From Hyphochytrium catenoides (taxonomy: Eukaryota; Protista; Hyphochytriomycota): 64,000 nt of DNA. How positions within the stretch are numbered: position 1 is the first letter of the stretch; every line of letters starts with the position of its first letter. Below the pieces are notes generated by a model. It was not told the DNA's origin. It made no database searches and saw only the letters and a program-made list of their open reading frames with translations. Positions 52,854 through 64,000 of this stretch are shown one piece after another. The translations under genes were made by a program, and so were the position numbers. The DNA lies in contig FLMG01002918.1 of assembly GCA_900088475.1 (NCBI GenBank), positions 26,895 to 90,894 on the forward strand, written 5' to 3'.

Positions 52854-53689
52854 AGCTACGCTTGAGAAGGCGATGGAGCCGAAGACTGGACAGGATCGTG
52901 CAGGCTTGGACTTGACTGGTAGGCAGAAAATTTGTTTATGATGAGATAGCGAGAGAGAACAAAGCTGGCCGCCTTCTGCTGGCAGTCATAGAAGGCATTT
53001 CCTTATAGATTGTAGACTCACCAGCAGTCTGGACGGATACAGCTGAGAGATCTACCTACCCTCCTCTCGTTGCTTCCTTCTCTCTTCTTCCTATTTCTCT
53101 ACTTCCTACTAACCAGTCATCCCTCTCCTTCTTGCTCATCGTGCTCTCTTCCTCATCGTGCTAGTACATCATGCTGGCTATCGGGTCGACTCTTCAGATG
53201 ATACGTTTCCTTGTCACTGCTCCGGCTCTCCTTTCGTCGTTGTTGCCGCTTCCACTCTTCAACGGGGCAGGTGTCCACGTCGTCCTTGTGATTATCTTGA
53301 CGATGTGCTGGACTGTCGCGCCTCCCAGAACAAGGATGTAATGAATAGTCCCGCGAGCGAGAAGGGACGAAATATCTCATGAAACGTGCGGAGACATTCG
53401 CTCTAAAGCATCGTTATGAAGCGATGTTTCTATCGGCGTGGCCGCGGTTTGCTCTCAGACCAAAGAGTGACATGCTTTGGATCTCAAGACGTGATCCACG
53501 TCGAATAAAAAACTTCTTCACCTGTCAAAAGTGCAGGGCGAAAATTCTGTTTTTGACCAATGAGTAGCCGCCGTTCTCCATATTGCACTTGTCGTCGAGG
53601 TGGCTCGTCTTGGATGAGTATCGTCTTCCAGAGTTCTATCCAGGCTGGGGCTGATGTGAGAAAGGCGATGGATCCAACGGGCTGAGAGC

Positions 53690-54620
53690 TAATTAACCCT
53701 AGTTTTAACAGAGCTACAGCCATAGCCCATAGGCCATAGGCCGCCCTATTGCTGGACTATCCAGGCGACAGGTGCTTCTTCCTCTGGCCGAGAGTTGAGT
53801 CATAACCCTACTTACGCCAATGGTCTAACAAAGGAAGACGCTAAGTCTATCGATAGTAGACTGCAAGACGTGGAACAGCCCTGAAGAAAGCTCGCAGTTG
53901 TTCTACTGTCAAGTGACGAGCACCTTTCCTCCTACATTCCAACCAAGGAACTCCTCCCCTCACTCTTCCTGCCCGTCTCCGTCCCGCTGCAGAGTTATTT
54001 AGCGCTTGCGATAGCGCAGAACTACGACTATAGGCAGCGCCTTTCCAGAGAACGAATAGGGTTCTTTTTGCGACAATGAGCAACAAGGAACCGAGCAGCA
54101 AACCGCGCAGCCCAGCAGTTTGGGCTGTTATAGACCCTGCTTCGATTCCCCGGTTGTTCGCCATGTGTACAGTCCAGAACAGTCCAACGGATTTTGTACT
54201 GATGATAGTGAGGCGAAGGAAGAAGGCGGCCTGGTAGGGGTAGTCGGCATGCAGGCGAGACAGGCGCCTCAACAGGTACTTCTAGTAGGTTTTGGTTGTT
54301 GAACTCAGGGCGGCAGGCGTTCTACTCTCACCTCAACTGCAGTCATGTCCCGATAGAGAGGATTGACTTTTATTCTGTTACTGGGACGAGGTAGGTCTTC
54401 CCAGTTTTGCTCTCTAGGGATCGGGATCTTCTGATCGGCTCCTTGTGGGCCGCCCTCAGCTTGCGAGTTTTGCAAAGTATAAGCTAGCGTTGGGAGAAGT
54501 TGCTTTGATTGGTCAAAAGTGATTATGTCTTGAGGATCGACTCTCTGGATAATGGGTTCAAGGACAAGGAAGGACGGATGGCTCGGTTGTTCTATCGAGG
54601 CAAAGCACCTTTCTTTGTCA
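53690..54620 (-). pseudogene. Probable decayed C5-cytosine DNA methyltransferase
   Basis: Motif-like fragments occur in canonical order across frameshifts: QDIITFD (III-like, ~54520), VE/NA (VI-like, ~54330), YLLRRLSRL..YKIRWTVLDCTHGEQPGNRSRVY (VII-VIII, 54198-54130), RHLTVEQL../LQG (IX, 53918-53878) and GQRKKHL..G*S..AMAVALLKLG (X-like). Motifs I and IV are not clearly recognisable. Confidence 0.5.
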
Positions 54621-55146
54621 TTATGGAGGCTCTCTTATTGGTACTCTCATGCGGAAGACACTTGTTCTGTTCTTTGATGACATAGCACTACCCCGTTAAG
54701 AAGAAAAGAAGCAGGAGCCATGGAAGTTCTAAGTGTCTTCGCTTCAACTCTCCCTCGGCAACAAGAAATCTATTTGTCACGCCTGTCTCCTTGCTGTCCC
54801 TGTGTCTACCCGGAGTTCGGTGGGAGTTGGTCTTGGTCTACTAAACTAGTACTGCTGTACGATTACTCTTCCGCTGTTATTGATGGCAACGAAAAGGTGA
54901 AGACCGTCTCCTCTATGTGTTCTTACAGACCTGAGAAGGAGGACAAAGGTCCAAGCCGTGGTACCGCATCGCGCCTCACCCTTCACCACGAGGAGGTCAC
55001 GACAGCGTTCTTTCTTCACCAAACGATGCTGGCTCACTTCAATCGCATTGCAATGTATTTTCTGCCAATCAAGCTAGGCTATTCTACGGGTAGAGTGGTG
55101 GTGATGCGCCGTATGCGCTACATATGCTGATGCTCTGATGCGCTGG

Positions 55147-55645
55147 CCCGCTCCCCGTCTTTGCAATGTGGCACTGATACTCTCCTTAGGTAGTAGTAGT
55201 AGTGAGCAGCCAGTCATGATTTGAGGACACAGGGAGCGGCCGCTCCAAACCTTCTACGCCTTGGACTACAACCAGCAGGAACAGGCAACTGAAGAGTGAC
55301 CTCTGAGTTATCTGCAACGGCAGGATTTTGGGAAGAAGTATAAACAATGACTTTTATGACCTAGCAAAATGGCGTGAACACGCCTTGACTTCTCGCTCAT
55401 TAAGCCTCAGATGCCTACTGCGCGTGTTTAGACACTCCGCACAATGATGGCTATTAGCCACTGCAGCGGTTGACAGTAGACGGAAACCAAGAGAGGAGGC
55501 TTCCTNNNNNNNNNNNNNNNNNNNNNNNNNNNNNNNNNNNNNNNNNNNNNNNNNNNNNNNNNNNAGTCCGGTGGGTTCGGCCGCGTCTTCCGGTTGCTGA
55601 TTAGACTGGAAAGGCCCGGATGCGGATCCACCGTGCATGGCAGTA
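55147..55645 (+). pseudogene. Degenerate duplicate of the last intron end, last exon and 3' flank of the SIRT6/7-like gene
   Basis: 55147-55327 aligns by eye with 50762-50940 (cccgctccc..tgcaatgtggcactgat..gcggccg..accttcta..gacta..caggaacagg..agtgacctc.gagt.atc.gc..cggcaggat), with indels and stops. 55618-55643 matches 51289-51314. Confidence 0.85.
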
Positions 55646-58329
55646 CGCACTTTGACGTGCAGAACCCGATGAAAACGTGTATCCTAGAAGACTTGACCGT
55701 CTCCTGGTGTATGCCCTTCTCAGAGAGTTCAGTGGCTGTGGGACGTCAGAGTAACGGGCAGGGTTAACTTCTCAGGTCGTCAAGGTTGTTGTCATCGCCA
55801 CCACCAAGAATAAGTGAGGCTACGTAACTACTTTGCAGTCAAAAGAGAAGCAACTGAAAGAACGAGGGCCAAGGAACCATGATGCCTGGCTGTAGTGACA
55901 GCAGGAGAACTCCTGGCTAGGGAGACAATCACTACTCCCTGCTGGCATGTCTTGTCGATGTCCACCTTGTGAAGCTTTCGTGGCACGTTGGGTTCACTGG
56001 AAGGCTGCGTCTTCTATCCCACCTCCTCGCCACATTGTTCTGTCCAACCCCTCCCCGCCCTTCTAACTAACCAGGATGTTGATATGCTGCCAGAGATGCC
56101 AGAAAAGCGGCTCTACCAGGACGAGTACGTTGCTGGACGGTTCGCAGTGAATCTTGAGCAGCTTGTGGTATGAGGCGGTCTCTTGGATGGGGAAATGCGG
56201 AATAGGTAAGCTGTTGCCTGGGCTTATAATGCCTCGGAAGGAACGAGTTAGCATACGTTCTAACAGCGTAAGTCGTTCCTTTTTGTCGACAATCTTCTCT
56301 CATCTTTTGAGAAGCGTTAGTTCTATCCATCCTGCTTAGGGGTAGGGTCATTATTGGAGACATGGGCTGTCTAACCGTGCTAACTGAGTGAAAGGAGAGT
56401 GATCAGTTAGAAGGTAATAGAGCAGAGTTCAGCCAATAAGATGAGAAAAGTATAGAGATGTAGGCTTTATTGATATCAAGAAATGATGGAGCATGTTGAA
56501 TTCATAATATGAGCGACTTAGTAGGGGAGGAAGAGGAGAGATACACCGCCTTCCTCAGCCGATTGAGAGCTTCGTCTTCTCATTTAGGATCTTGTGGAGG
56601 AGGGGCGACGGCCGAGTAACATGAACGCCCTAGTTCTTTCCATTCCTGCTTTGTTTGTTCCCAGCCTACGACGAGAGAGAGAAGAAAGCCTGTCACCTCT
56701 TCATGAAGCCATCTTCTCCTTCTTGCGCGACAAAAGTAGACACTATTGCTTTAACCAGCATTACGATTCGGCACAGCGGCAAGTGCACCGGCGAAGACGG
56801 CGGCAGAGGAAGTAAAAATGAAAGGGCAATGGCAGCTTATCCTCCTTCGACGCTCCCGATATACTGCATCCACGCCATGCTGCAGCAACTTCTGAAGGAA
56901 ACATGATGGTAGAGATCTATGAAGGCCCTTGATGGCTGCTGTGGCCGTCGTGAATGTCAACAGGCTGCTGATAATGATGAGGACACCATCAGCAGAGGAA
57001 GAAGAAAGATGAGCATAAGAGAATCACATTAGTTACAAAATAGACCAAGGAGTCTCCCGCCGCTGTCGAAGCAGTCCACCAATGCCCAGTTCGGAGGAGT
57101 TATTAGTCGTCTTCGAGACGCTAGAAAGCTATTTTTTAATCAGGTGCGGGATGAATGACCAGCTCAACAGGGACACTCATTGAGTGCGCTGCTATTCTTC
57201 CAGCCAATGCCTCAGCGGATCAGCAATGACAATGAGAGCGACGCGATTGATGACAAATGGCAAGCAGCGGCGGCCACGTACGTAGGCCCACACTCGGGGT
57301 CGGGGTTTCCTGCCTCCTATCAGCAGATCGAGGTAGTACCAATGATGCTAATAAGAGGGATTGCTTCTTCTGCGGTTCTAAAGCATTATATCGCCTGCTG
57401 CCGCCCGCCCTCCGAGGATAATACTATGCTGCTGCTGCTGCTGCTGCTGCTGAAGAGGAGACTATGAGAATATTATGCAGCAATGGTCTTCTCTGTCATG
57501 AGTGGACGCCTCATAGGAAGGAAGGTAGTACTGATCGATGGCTAGCTGCGAGTACTGCTACCGAGGGGGGCCAAGGAACATGCCAGCAGTCCACAGGAGG
57601 CCCGCATTGGCCGCCAATAAACGGCTAGCTAGCAGTTAAGCAGACACACTATAGGCGGCCCCCCCCCCTACCTCCAGTGGTGGGTGGGTGCCCTGTATCC
57701 CCAGCCACATCGTGTGCTCATGTCAAGATGGCGGCGGGGGCTCGCCCGTCAAAATATGTTACAACTTCCTCTAAATATAAGGAAGGCACAGGACGGAGGA
57801 GGAGTAAAAGCATGTTTTTGGGAAGAGGGGATAGGAGGAAGATAACAGCTTGAAGAAAAGGAACAAGATCCTGCCGAAGATCGATCGAGCCGAAGATTCA
57901 TCATATCTTTAGGGCTCAGGGTCCGGTCAAACAACTGAAGGACTCGTCATTTGGGTTTCTTGTAGGTAGTATGTATGTCAGTGGTGGTGGTGGGTGCTGA
58001 CAGAGCTGATGACGACGGCGTTGCGGCTGACTTCAATCAAGTTGTGCCAGAGAATTGTTGAGCTTCTTACTCTTGCTGCGGCGTCCCGTGGCAGAACATC
58101 AGCAAGCTGCTTGAGCTTCTGAAGACTCTGCTGTGCTGACACAGTCACCAGACCAACATTATTATGGCTATCCCAAGAACGGTGTGGCTCCTCCTGTGTG
58201 GCTTTCCTGTCACCGTCGGGCTGGTTGTAGGGATCCTTACTCTTCTGGTAGCCGCAAGTGGCATGAAGGCAGGAGTGTTCCGATGGTTCAGGCTACCTTA
58301 TTGAGCTTACTTCCGGCTACGCTTTCTGT

Positions 58330-59010
58330 TTGCCAAGACAGCTAACAAGCGACGAAATGGCTCGAATGGAGCGGCACAAACGCGAGGCAGAGGCTCCTTT
58401 AAGTCTTACAACCTATTCGATGCTTTACTTTGCTGAACTCACAGAATTCCCTCCACAACTAACGACTGCTAGCGCTCACCAGGGAACTGACATCTTCAAA
58501 GAGCGCTGTCTTCCCTATCTTGGCCTGGCATGGAACACTTCATCAACCACATTTTGTCTCCCGCGCCATCTACCGAAAACAGATGTTCTATCGAAGTGGG
58601 TGCTACTTTCACCCTTCCACACGATTGCGGTGTGGTTGACGATTCTTGAAGACTGGAATGTTAGCCCTACCTTCACCAGTAGTCTGCAGGATACCTGTGG
58701 CTGTAAGCACAACCTTACCTCTGTTCTCACCGCCGCGCGGAAAGGTGAAATGGTCATGCTATACAACGACGGGTCTGGGTCTGGGAAGACGTTGGCCGTA
58801 AGTAGGGGGCGTTCTCCTTCTTCAAATCGATTGCGCACGGAGGATACCCCTGCTCTTTTTCAAGAAGTAGACGTGGGGCTGGTAACCAGCACTTATTAGC
58901 GCTGGCAGGGACCATGTGGTACGCGACAAGGCAAGGACAACTCAAGACATTCTTCCTTTCTTTTCTTTTCTTGATGAGGTAGGCAGCCGCCCGACGAACT
59001 TGTTGGTCTA
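58330..59010 (+). pseudogene. P-loop NTPase-like remnant
   Basis: The ORF contains MVMLYNDGSGSGKTLA (Walker A-like). After the stop, in another frame, PFFSFLDEVG (Walker B-like, ~58955-58985) follows. Confidence 0.35.
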
Positions 59011-59932
59011 GTAGGAGGGCAACCTGGATGTGTGTGACATCCTGACTCACTCATTAGTCACAATGATCAGACCTAGAAGGAGCACTACTATCAATGAAGC
59101 TAAACTCCTAATGGCCCTACATAATAAAGATAAAGGCATCCTTTCGCACTTCAGCGATTCCAAGCGACTTGTCCGTGCACTACATGAGCTAGCGAGTAAG
59201 GAAACAATGCATTGGTGGAGAAACCGCGTACATCCTTAGACAAGGAGCCATAGCATAGCACCCAACACCAGGTGAACCTCAAATAGGAATGAAGCGGATT
59301 TTGGATTATTCAAGGAGAGGGAAAGGGGAGCAGAAGAAGTGAATGAGGAGAAGAGGAAGATGGGGAAAAGCGAAGGCATCGAAGGGACCAGCTGGGCATG
59401 CAGCAAGGTTGAAAATTTGGGCAGGAGGATGACGAGGATTAACTCTTATAACATGACGTCATCAGTACAATTGTAGTAGGAGATATATGGCTGTAGAGGG
59501 AGAGATATTGGTTGGGTGGTCGTCTAGGGCCTGCGAACATCAGCTTGTCTTCGAGTGATGTCAAGAATCAGACCTCTTCTGTAGCTCATCTCATCCCATC
59601 GGCAAGAAGTAGGAAAGAAAGAACGCGAAGGTACATAGGACCGGGCTGAGCCGTTGTGGGATAGTAGTCTACTTGAGCTGATTTGGAGAAAGAGCTCCTC
59701 GGCCTCAACTGAAAGGGCCATTAGCCAGCATTACCAAGGGCGGTTTGCCTGCCAATTAGCATCCGATACTGGGAAGTTACTTATCATCATCATGGTCCGT
59801 CATAATAACCGTGAGTAGAGATTTATTACCGAGACGGCAATATCAAATCATCGGGGGGATACATCGTCACACATAACGGCAGCCCAACTACCAAGAGGCA
59901 GGAGCTTCTTTGATGATCAGATGAGACTGCCA

Positions 59933-59991
59933 CTGTTGACCAAGCCAGCAGAGCTGTTGACCCAGCCAGCAGCTGCTGAGCCAGCCAGCAG
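59933..59991 (+). repeat. Three imperfect 19-21 bp tandem units (ctgYtgaSYMagccagcag)
   Basis: ctgttgaccaagccagcagag / ctgttgacccagccagcag / ctgctgagccagccagcag. Confidence 0.8.
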
Positions 59992-61135
59992 CGAGTCAAG
60001 CTTTAGCCCTAGGATTATGTTACTTCGTTCGGGGGCACGGTGATACTATTTTCCACCGTAAGGAAGATAAGGATGATCATTTTAATAGAAAATAGATAGC
60101 AATCTCTCCACGGCTTCGAAAGATCGGCGGCTCTTTGATAATCTCCTCAAGTATCTTCGCAATGCTGGACTCCCACTCTCCTCCTCATCCTTCTTTCTGT
60201 GTTGCCGTCTCCTTTCTCTTCTCCCTGTTGCTGCTTCTTCTTGTAAGGTTCTTCTTCCAGCGGTCTACAGGGCGGCGATGGGATGGAAATATCAGACGAT
60301 TTATTGACTTCTTCTCGCCACTCAACCCCTCATGCCTTACATGCCCCACCTTCAGCCTTCAGCTTAATGGTAAATGCAATGATCCTGAAGAGCGAAAGTC
60401 CTTTAGTGACAGCATTTATTGAGTCAGGGATATGGATGTGAGGGGTTATTTTGATGTTTTTATTGATTTTATCGTCATTTATCGCGCAGAAAGCTTCATA
60501 TGCAGCTTCCAGTGATGTCAGCGGATCTACAAACACGATTAAGCATATTTTCAAGCTCAAAAGCTTCTAAAAACTTTATAACCTTATGATGAGGCGATGT
60601 TTCAATGCTTGACTGGATGTTTTAATGCTTGTTCGGATGTGCTTAAAAATTTCTTGGACGCGCTTACAAGCAACAACAACGAGTTTGCAGCTACTATAAA
60701 TATCGCGATATCTTTGTTGTTGATGCGTTGTTGCATCCTGCTGTCAAACTCAATCAACATCATCTTCTTCTATGCTTCTCATAATATCAGCACATGGACG
60801 CAATGAAGAAGAAAGATCTGAATAATAAGATCGATACTAATATTTGTTAACTATCAACATGATGCTGACAACTACGACACTGAAGAGAAAGGAGAAGCAG
60901 CAGTAGTTAAGCAAAGCTAATATAGGTAATTGCATCATTCTCTTCATCTCCCCTAAGACTAGCGACTCAATCTAGAGGTCGAGTAGAAGTATTATATGAA
61001 GAGACCGAAGCAGCAGGTTTGTATCACGCTCTCTACTCTACCCTTATTAGTCCATAGACGTCATCATCTTGCTACTGCTGCTAATCAGCACCACCACCAC
61101 CAGCACACACTTCCTCACCATCAGTGTCGTAGTTG

Positions 61136-62006
61136 TCAAGAGCCGAAGTCTAGGTCTTGAAGATTTACCTCCTTTTCTTCTCCAAACAACAACCGGTCAG
61201 GAAGGCTGCTTGGATCATCAGCATAGCGCATTACTTCGTCAAGATCAATGGAGTCAAGTAGGTCATCCGCCATCGCGTCCATCGCTGCCTCTTCAGCAGC
61301 AGAGTCACCGTTGATACTAGTGGGCTGCTCTTGTCCCCCTCGTTGACCTTGTTGTCTAGCGGCTGCATTGGTGGTGGTGTTGTTACCATTAGAAGGGAAG
61401 AAGAGTGACGTTAAACGCCCAAGAAAAGAAGTAGAATCAGTAACCGACGGCATATCTTCAGCTTTTCGTTCCAATTGGGCGGCGTTGAACGAGATACCAC
61501 TCTGTTGCTCCACCTTTCTCCCCTTCAGCCGGCTTCGAGCCTTGGAGTGAACATGCTTGCCTGTTTTGTGATCCTCTCCCAACCTGCGGCCCCCCGGTGG
61601 GGTTCTGGTGAATGCGCATAAGAAGCGGTGCCAAGTCAGGGTACTCGTGAAGTAATTGGGACCAAATAAGGGCGGGCATCATTTCAGGTACCGCGGTGAG
61701 GTGAGGAGATCTCCTTTGCTTACTTTCTTGACACAGAATCTGGAGAACTGTGCAACTGACAGCCGGGCGTGCTCTTCAGTCCGGCCCAACCCGTTCAAAG
61801 CAGTATGGCATTGTTTAGTAGGTGGGCCTTTACCCATCTCCACAAAGCCCTCGCCAACTTGTCCGCAATGTTCTTACGCATGCTGAAAGAAAGCGGATCA
61901 GTGCGAAACGCTAATGCATGGGCGGGGGGTGGTAGATAACCTTGAATCGTGCATGTAGACACTCAGTGATGGTCTCAATATCGTCCTCTTCCAGGCCAAG
62001 AGCCTT
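61136..62006 (-). mobile_element. Frameshifted hAT-superfamily transposase C-terminal fragment (dimerisation domain)
   Basis: Across frameshifts: ECLHARFKVIYHP/AHALAFRTDPL (matches the hAT hHxxAxxhDP motif), then PALIWSQLLHEYPDLAPLLMRIHQNPTG/..HKTGKHVHSKARSRLKGRKVEQQSGISFNAAQL (matches W..YPxLA..P..ERxFS..hHxKxRxRL..V..hxxN), then an acidic tail. Confidence 0.75.
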
Positions 62007-62007
62007 C

Positions 62008-62503
62008 AGCGAAAACACATCCGGAGAGGAAAGACACCAATCCTTTCTCCCTTGTTGGCAGAGGATACGTAAATCTCGAGACTAGTCTCGATGTATCCAC
62101 TGAACTCTTTGTCATCGCTGGCCTTTTTTAGGTCTTTGATTGGGAGATGGTTTAAAACCTCGTTGGGCATGGTGGTAGCATGAAGCTGTTTGTGTAGTTG
62201 CTTCCATTGCTGCTCCCGCTCGCTAATTTTCTTTTCTTCTTCCCAAAGGTCTTTTTTTCTGACCAATCCGGAAAAGGAGCATGTAAGCGCGGCGGGAGCA
62301 ATGGAAGCAACTACACAAACAGCTTCATGCTACCACCATGCCCAACGAGGTTTTGAACCATCTCCCAATCAAAGACCTAAAAAAGGCCAGCGATGACAAA
62401 GAGTTCAGTGGATACATCGAGACTAGTCTCGAGATTCACGTATCCTCTGCCAACAAGGGAGAAAAGATTGTTTTGTTTCCTCTCTGGATGTGGTGTTTTC
62501 GCT
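62008..62503. repeat. Long inverted repeat: arms ~62008-62219 and ~62292-62503, spacer ~70 bp
   Basis: The same peptide MPNEVLNHLPIKDLKKASDDKEFSGYIETSLEI[YH]VSSANKGE is encoded on opposite strands. The nucleotide arms are near-identical reverse complements, with few differences that are mostly distal. Confidence 0.95.
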
Positions 62504-62992
62504 TCCGTTTTTGGTTGTCTTCTGGCCACTGCTGCTGCCCGTTGTTGCCGGTTCCTTTCTTGCGCGGATGAGTTCTCTCTTCTTACGGAAGTCCTTCGCA
62601 ATGGAATGTCGGTTGTTGAAGGCTTCTTCGGCATCTTCGAGGGTTCTTTTGACTCAGTTTGGTCGATAGTTCGCATCATCGAAACAAATGCACCATGATG
62701 TAAGAAGGTTCTTCGTTCTTCCAGTGGTGAGGAGGGGATGGGAGGGAAAAAAAAGTAGACGTTTATTGACTTCTTCCTGAGAGCCCGCCAGCGCATCCTG
62801 GCCAGCCCACTGACTAGGTCCTGGGGGATGGCTGGTTACTCACCCCCTCATCCCTTACATTCTCGCCCTCCGTCTCTTTGTGTCAATGCCCCACACTCTC
62901 TCTTCCTTTCCTCTGTCTTGCCACTCAACTCACACTTCACTGCTCTCTCTATTTTGCGCACTCTCACCTGTGTACCCTCCCCTCCGCCTTCC

Positions 62993-63043
<51 letters not shown>

Positions 63044-64000
63044 TCTCTTCCTCTTCGTCTTATCAAGAAGGGCTCTTCATCCTTCACTGTGGTTGCATTG
63101 AGCAGTTACTCATACGGTCGAAAGCTTCAATGGAAACTTACAAAGATGCTCTATTGTTGCACTAAGGTATATAACTGTCGCCATTGTGGCTCTTTCTTTG
63201 CTTTCAAATAGGTTTCATGTTATGAAAGCTTCATCCTTCACCTTTTCAAAAGGTCTTGAAACTGCTTTATTGGTTACCTCATATTACTACTAATCTGGGA
63301 GCTATTCTAGAACTACCGCATACTCTGGACTATTACTATGACTAGGAGTTGGTGCTACTGAGGGAGTATGACTGTCTTTCCGATGAGAATCGTCGTATGG
63401 CGGAGTTTGGGGCCCTTTAATGTACCATCGATAGGAGGAAGAAGCCTGATGGACTCCGCTGTGTGAGGAGGGAGTGGTGTCAAGTTGAAGCGGCACAGAA
63501 ATGTTGGGGCACTCTTTGACATGGTGGGAGAGGAGGGGAGAGACAGAGAGAGAGAGAGAGAGACAGAGAGGGGGGGAGAGAGAGGCAGAGAGAAACTAAG
63601 CCAGCGAATAAATTGGAACGGAGAGAGATAGTTCGGGAGAGAGAGAGGAGGAAGACAGAGGGACGCGCTTGGAGAGACAGAGGAGAGTGAGAGAGAAGAG
63701 ACTTCTGGAAAAAGGTGGCTTGGGGACAACACAGAGAGAGTCGGACAAAGACAGAGGAAGAAGAGAACCGCAAGGCTAATATTTGAGTTCTATAATCATC
63801 TGTGTCTTTTTTGTTTGACGGCATACGAGGGAACAGTAGAAGGCGTTAATAACACCTGATGAAAGGCCAAGCCGGCGAAGGATTGAGTAATATTCGAGGT
63901 TCAGTGGATGACGGGGCAGCGGCGAAGGTCTGAGTGGCCCCAAGAGTCAGGATAAGAACAGCTTCAAACTTCCTCTCCCCTTTTCTCCTCTCTCTCTCTC

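Noticed and set aside
53690-59010. MTase relic plus NTPase relic as one DNMT5-like (MTase-SNF2) gene
   Set aside because: They are on opposite strands, in the wrong order, and separated by the sirtuin duplicate.
59933-59991. CRISPR-like array
   Set aside because: The units are adjacent with no spacers, in a eukaryotic context with no cas genes.
59524-60012. ctagggc..gccctag as transposon terminal inverted repeats
   Set aside because: Only 7 bp match and there is no target-site duplication.
63302-64000. Possible 3' exons of a minus-strand gene at the right edge
   Set aside because: Intron-like GA polarity is suggestive, but there is no recognisable protein or consistent splice model within the window.

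Overview
Gene-dense eukaryotic nuclear DNA with short spliceosomal introns and many (CT/GA)n microsatellites; the gene content suggests a stramenopile (ochrophyte-like), which is an inference. Most entries in the six-frame ORF track are exon fragments or microsatellite artefacts, so gene models were rebuilt by hand from splice sites and reading phase. From 1 to about 51 kb: a VPS13-family gene with an inserted PDZ domain (minus, runs off the left edge), a divergent sirtuin with a long disordered tail (minus), TRAPPC11 (plus), a small disordered protein with SxPIxIP, LFRMD and FVPPHE motifs (minus), an ~11 kb uncharacterised gene with a repeated beta-rich module and coiled coil (minus), cytochrome c1 (minus), a VAMP7-type longin SNARE (minus) and a SIRT6/7-type sirtuin (plus). 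From about 51 to 63 kb is an accessory, decayed region: an intronless secreted 4x PAN/apple protein, a probable decayed C5 DNA methyltransferase, a degenerate duplicate of the sirtuin 3' end that brackets both, a P-loop NTPase remnant, a frameshifted hAT transposase and an ~210 bp inverted repeat. No rRNA, tRNA or CRISPR array was seen, and no intact novel multi-gene system could be demonstrated.
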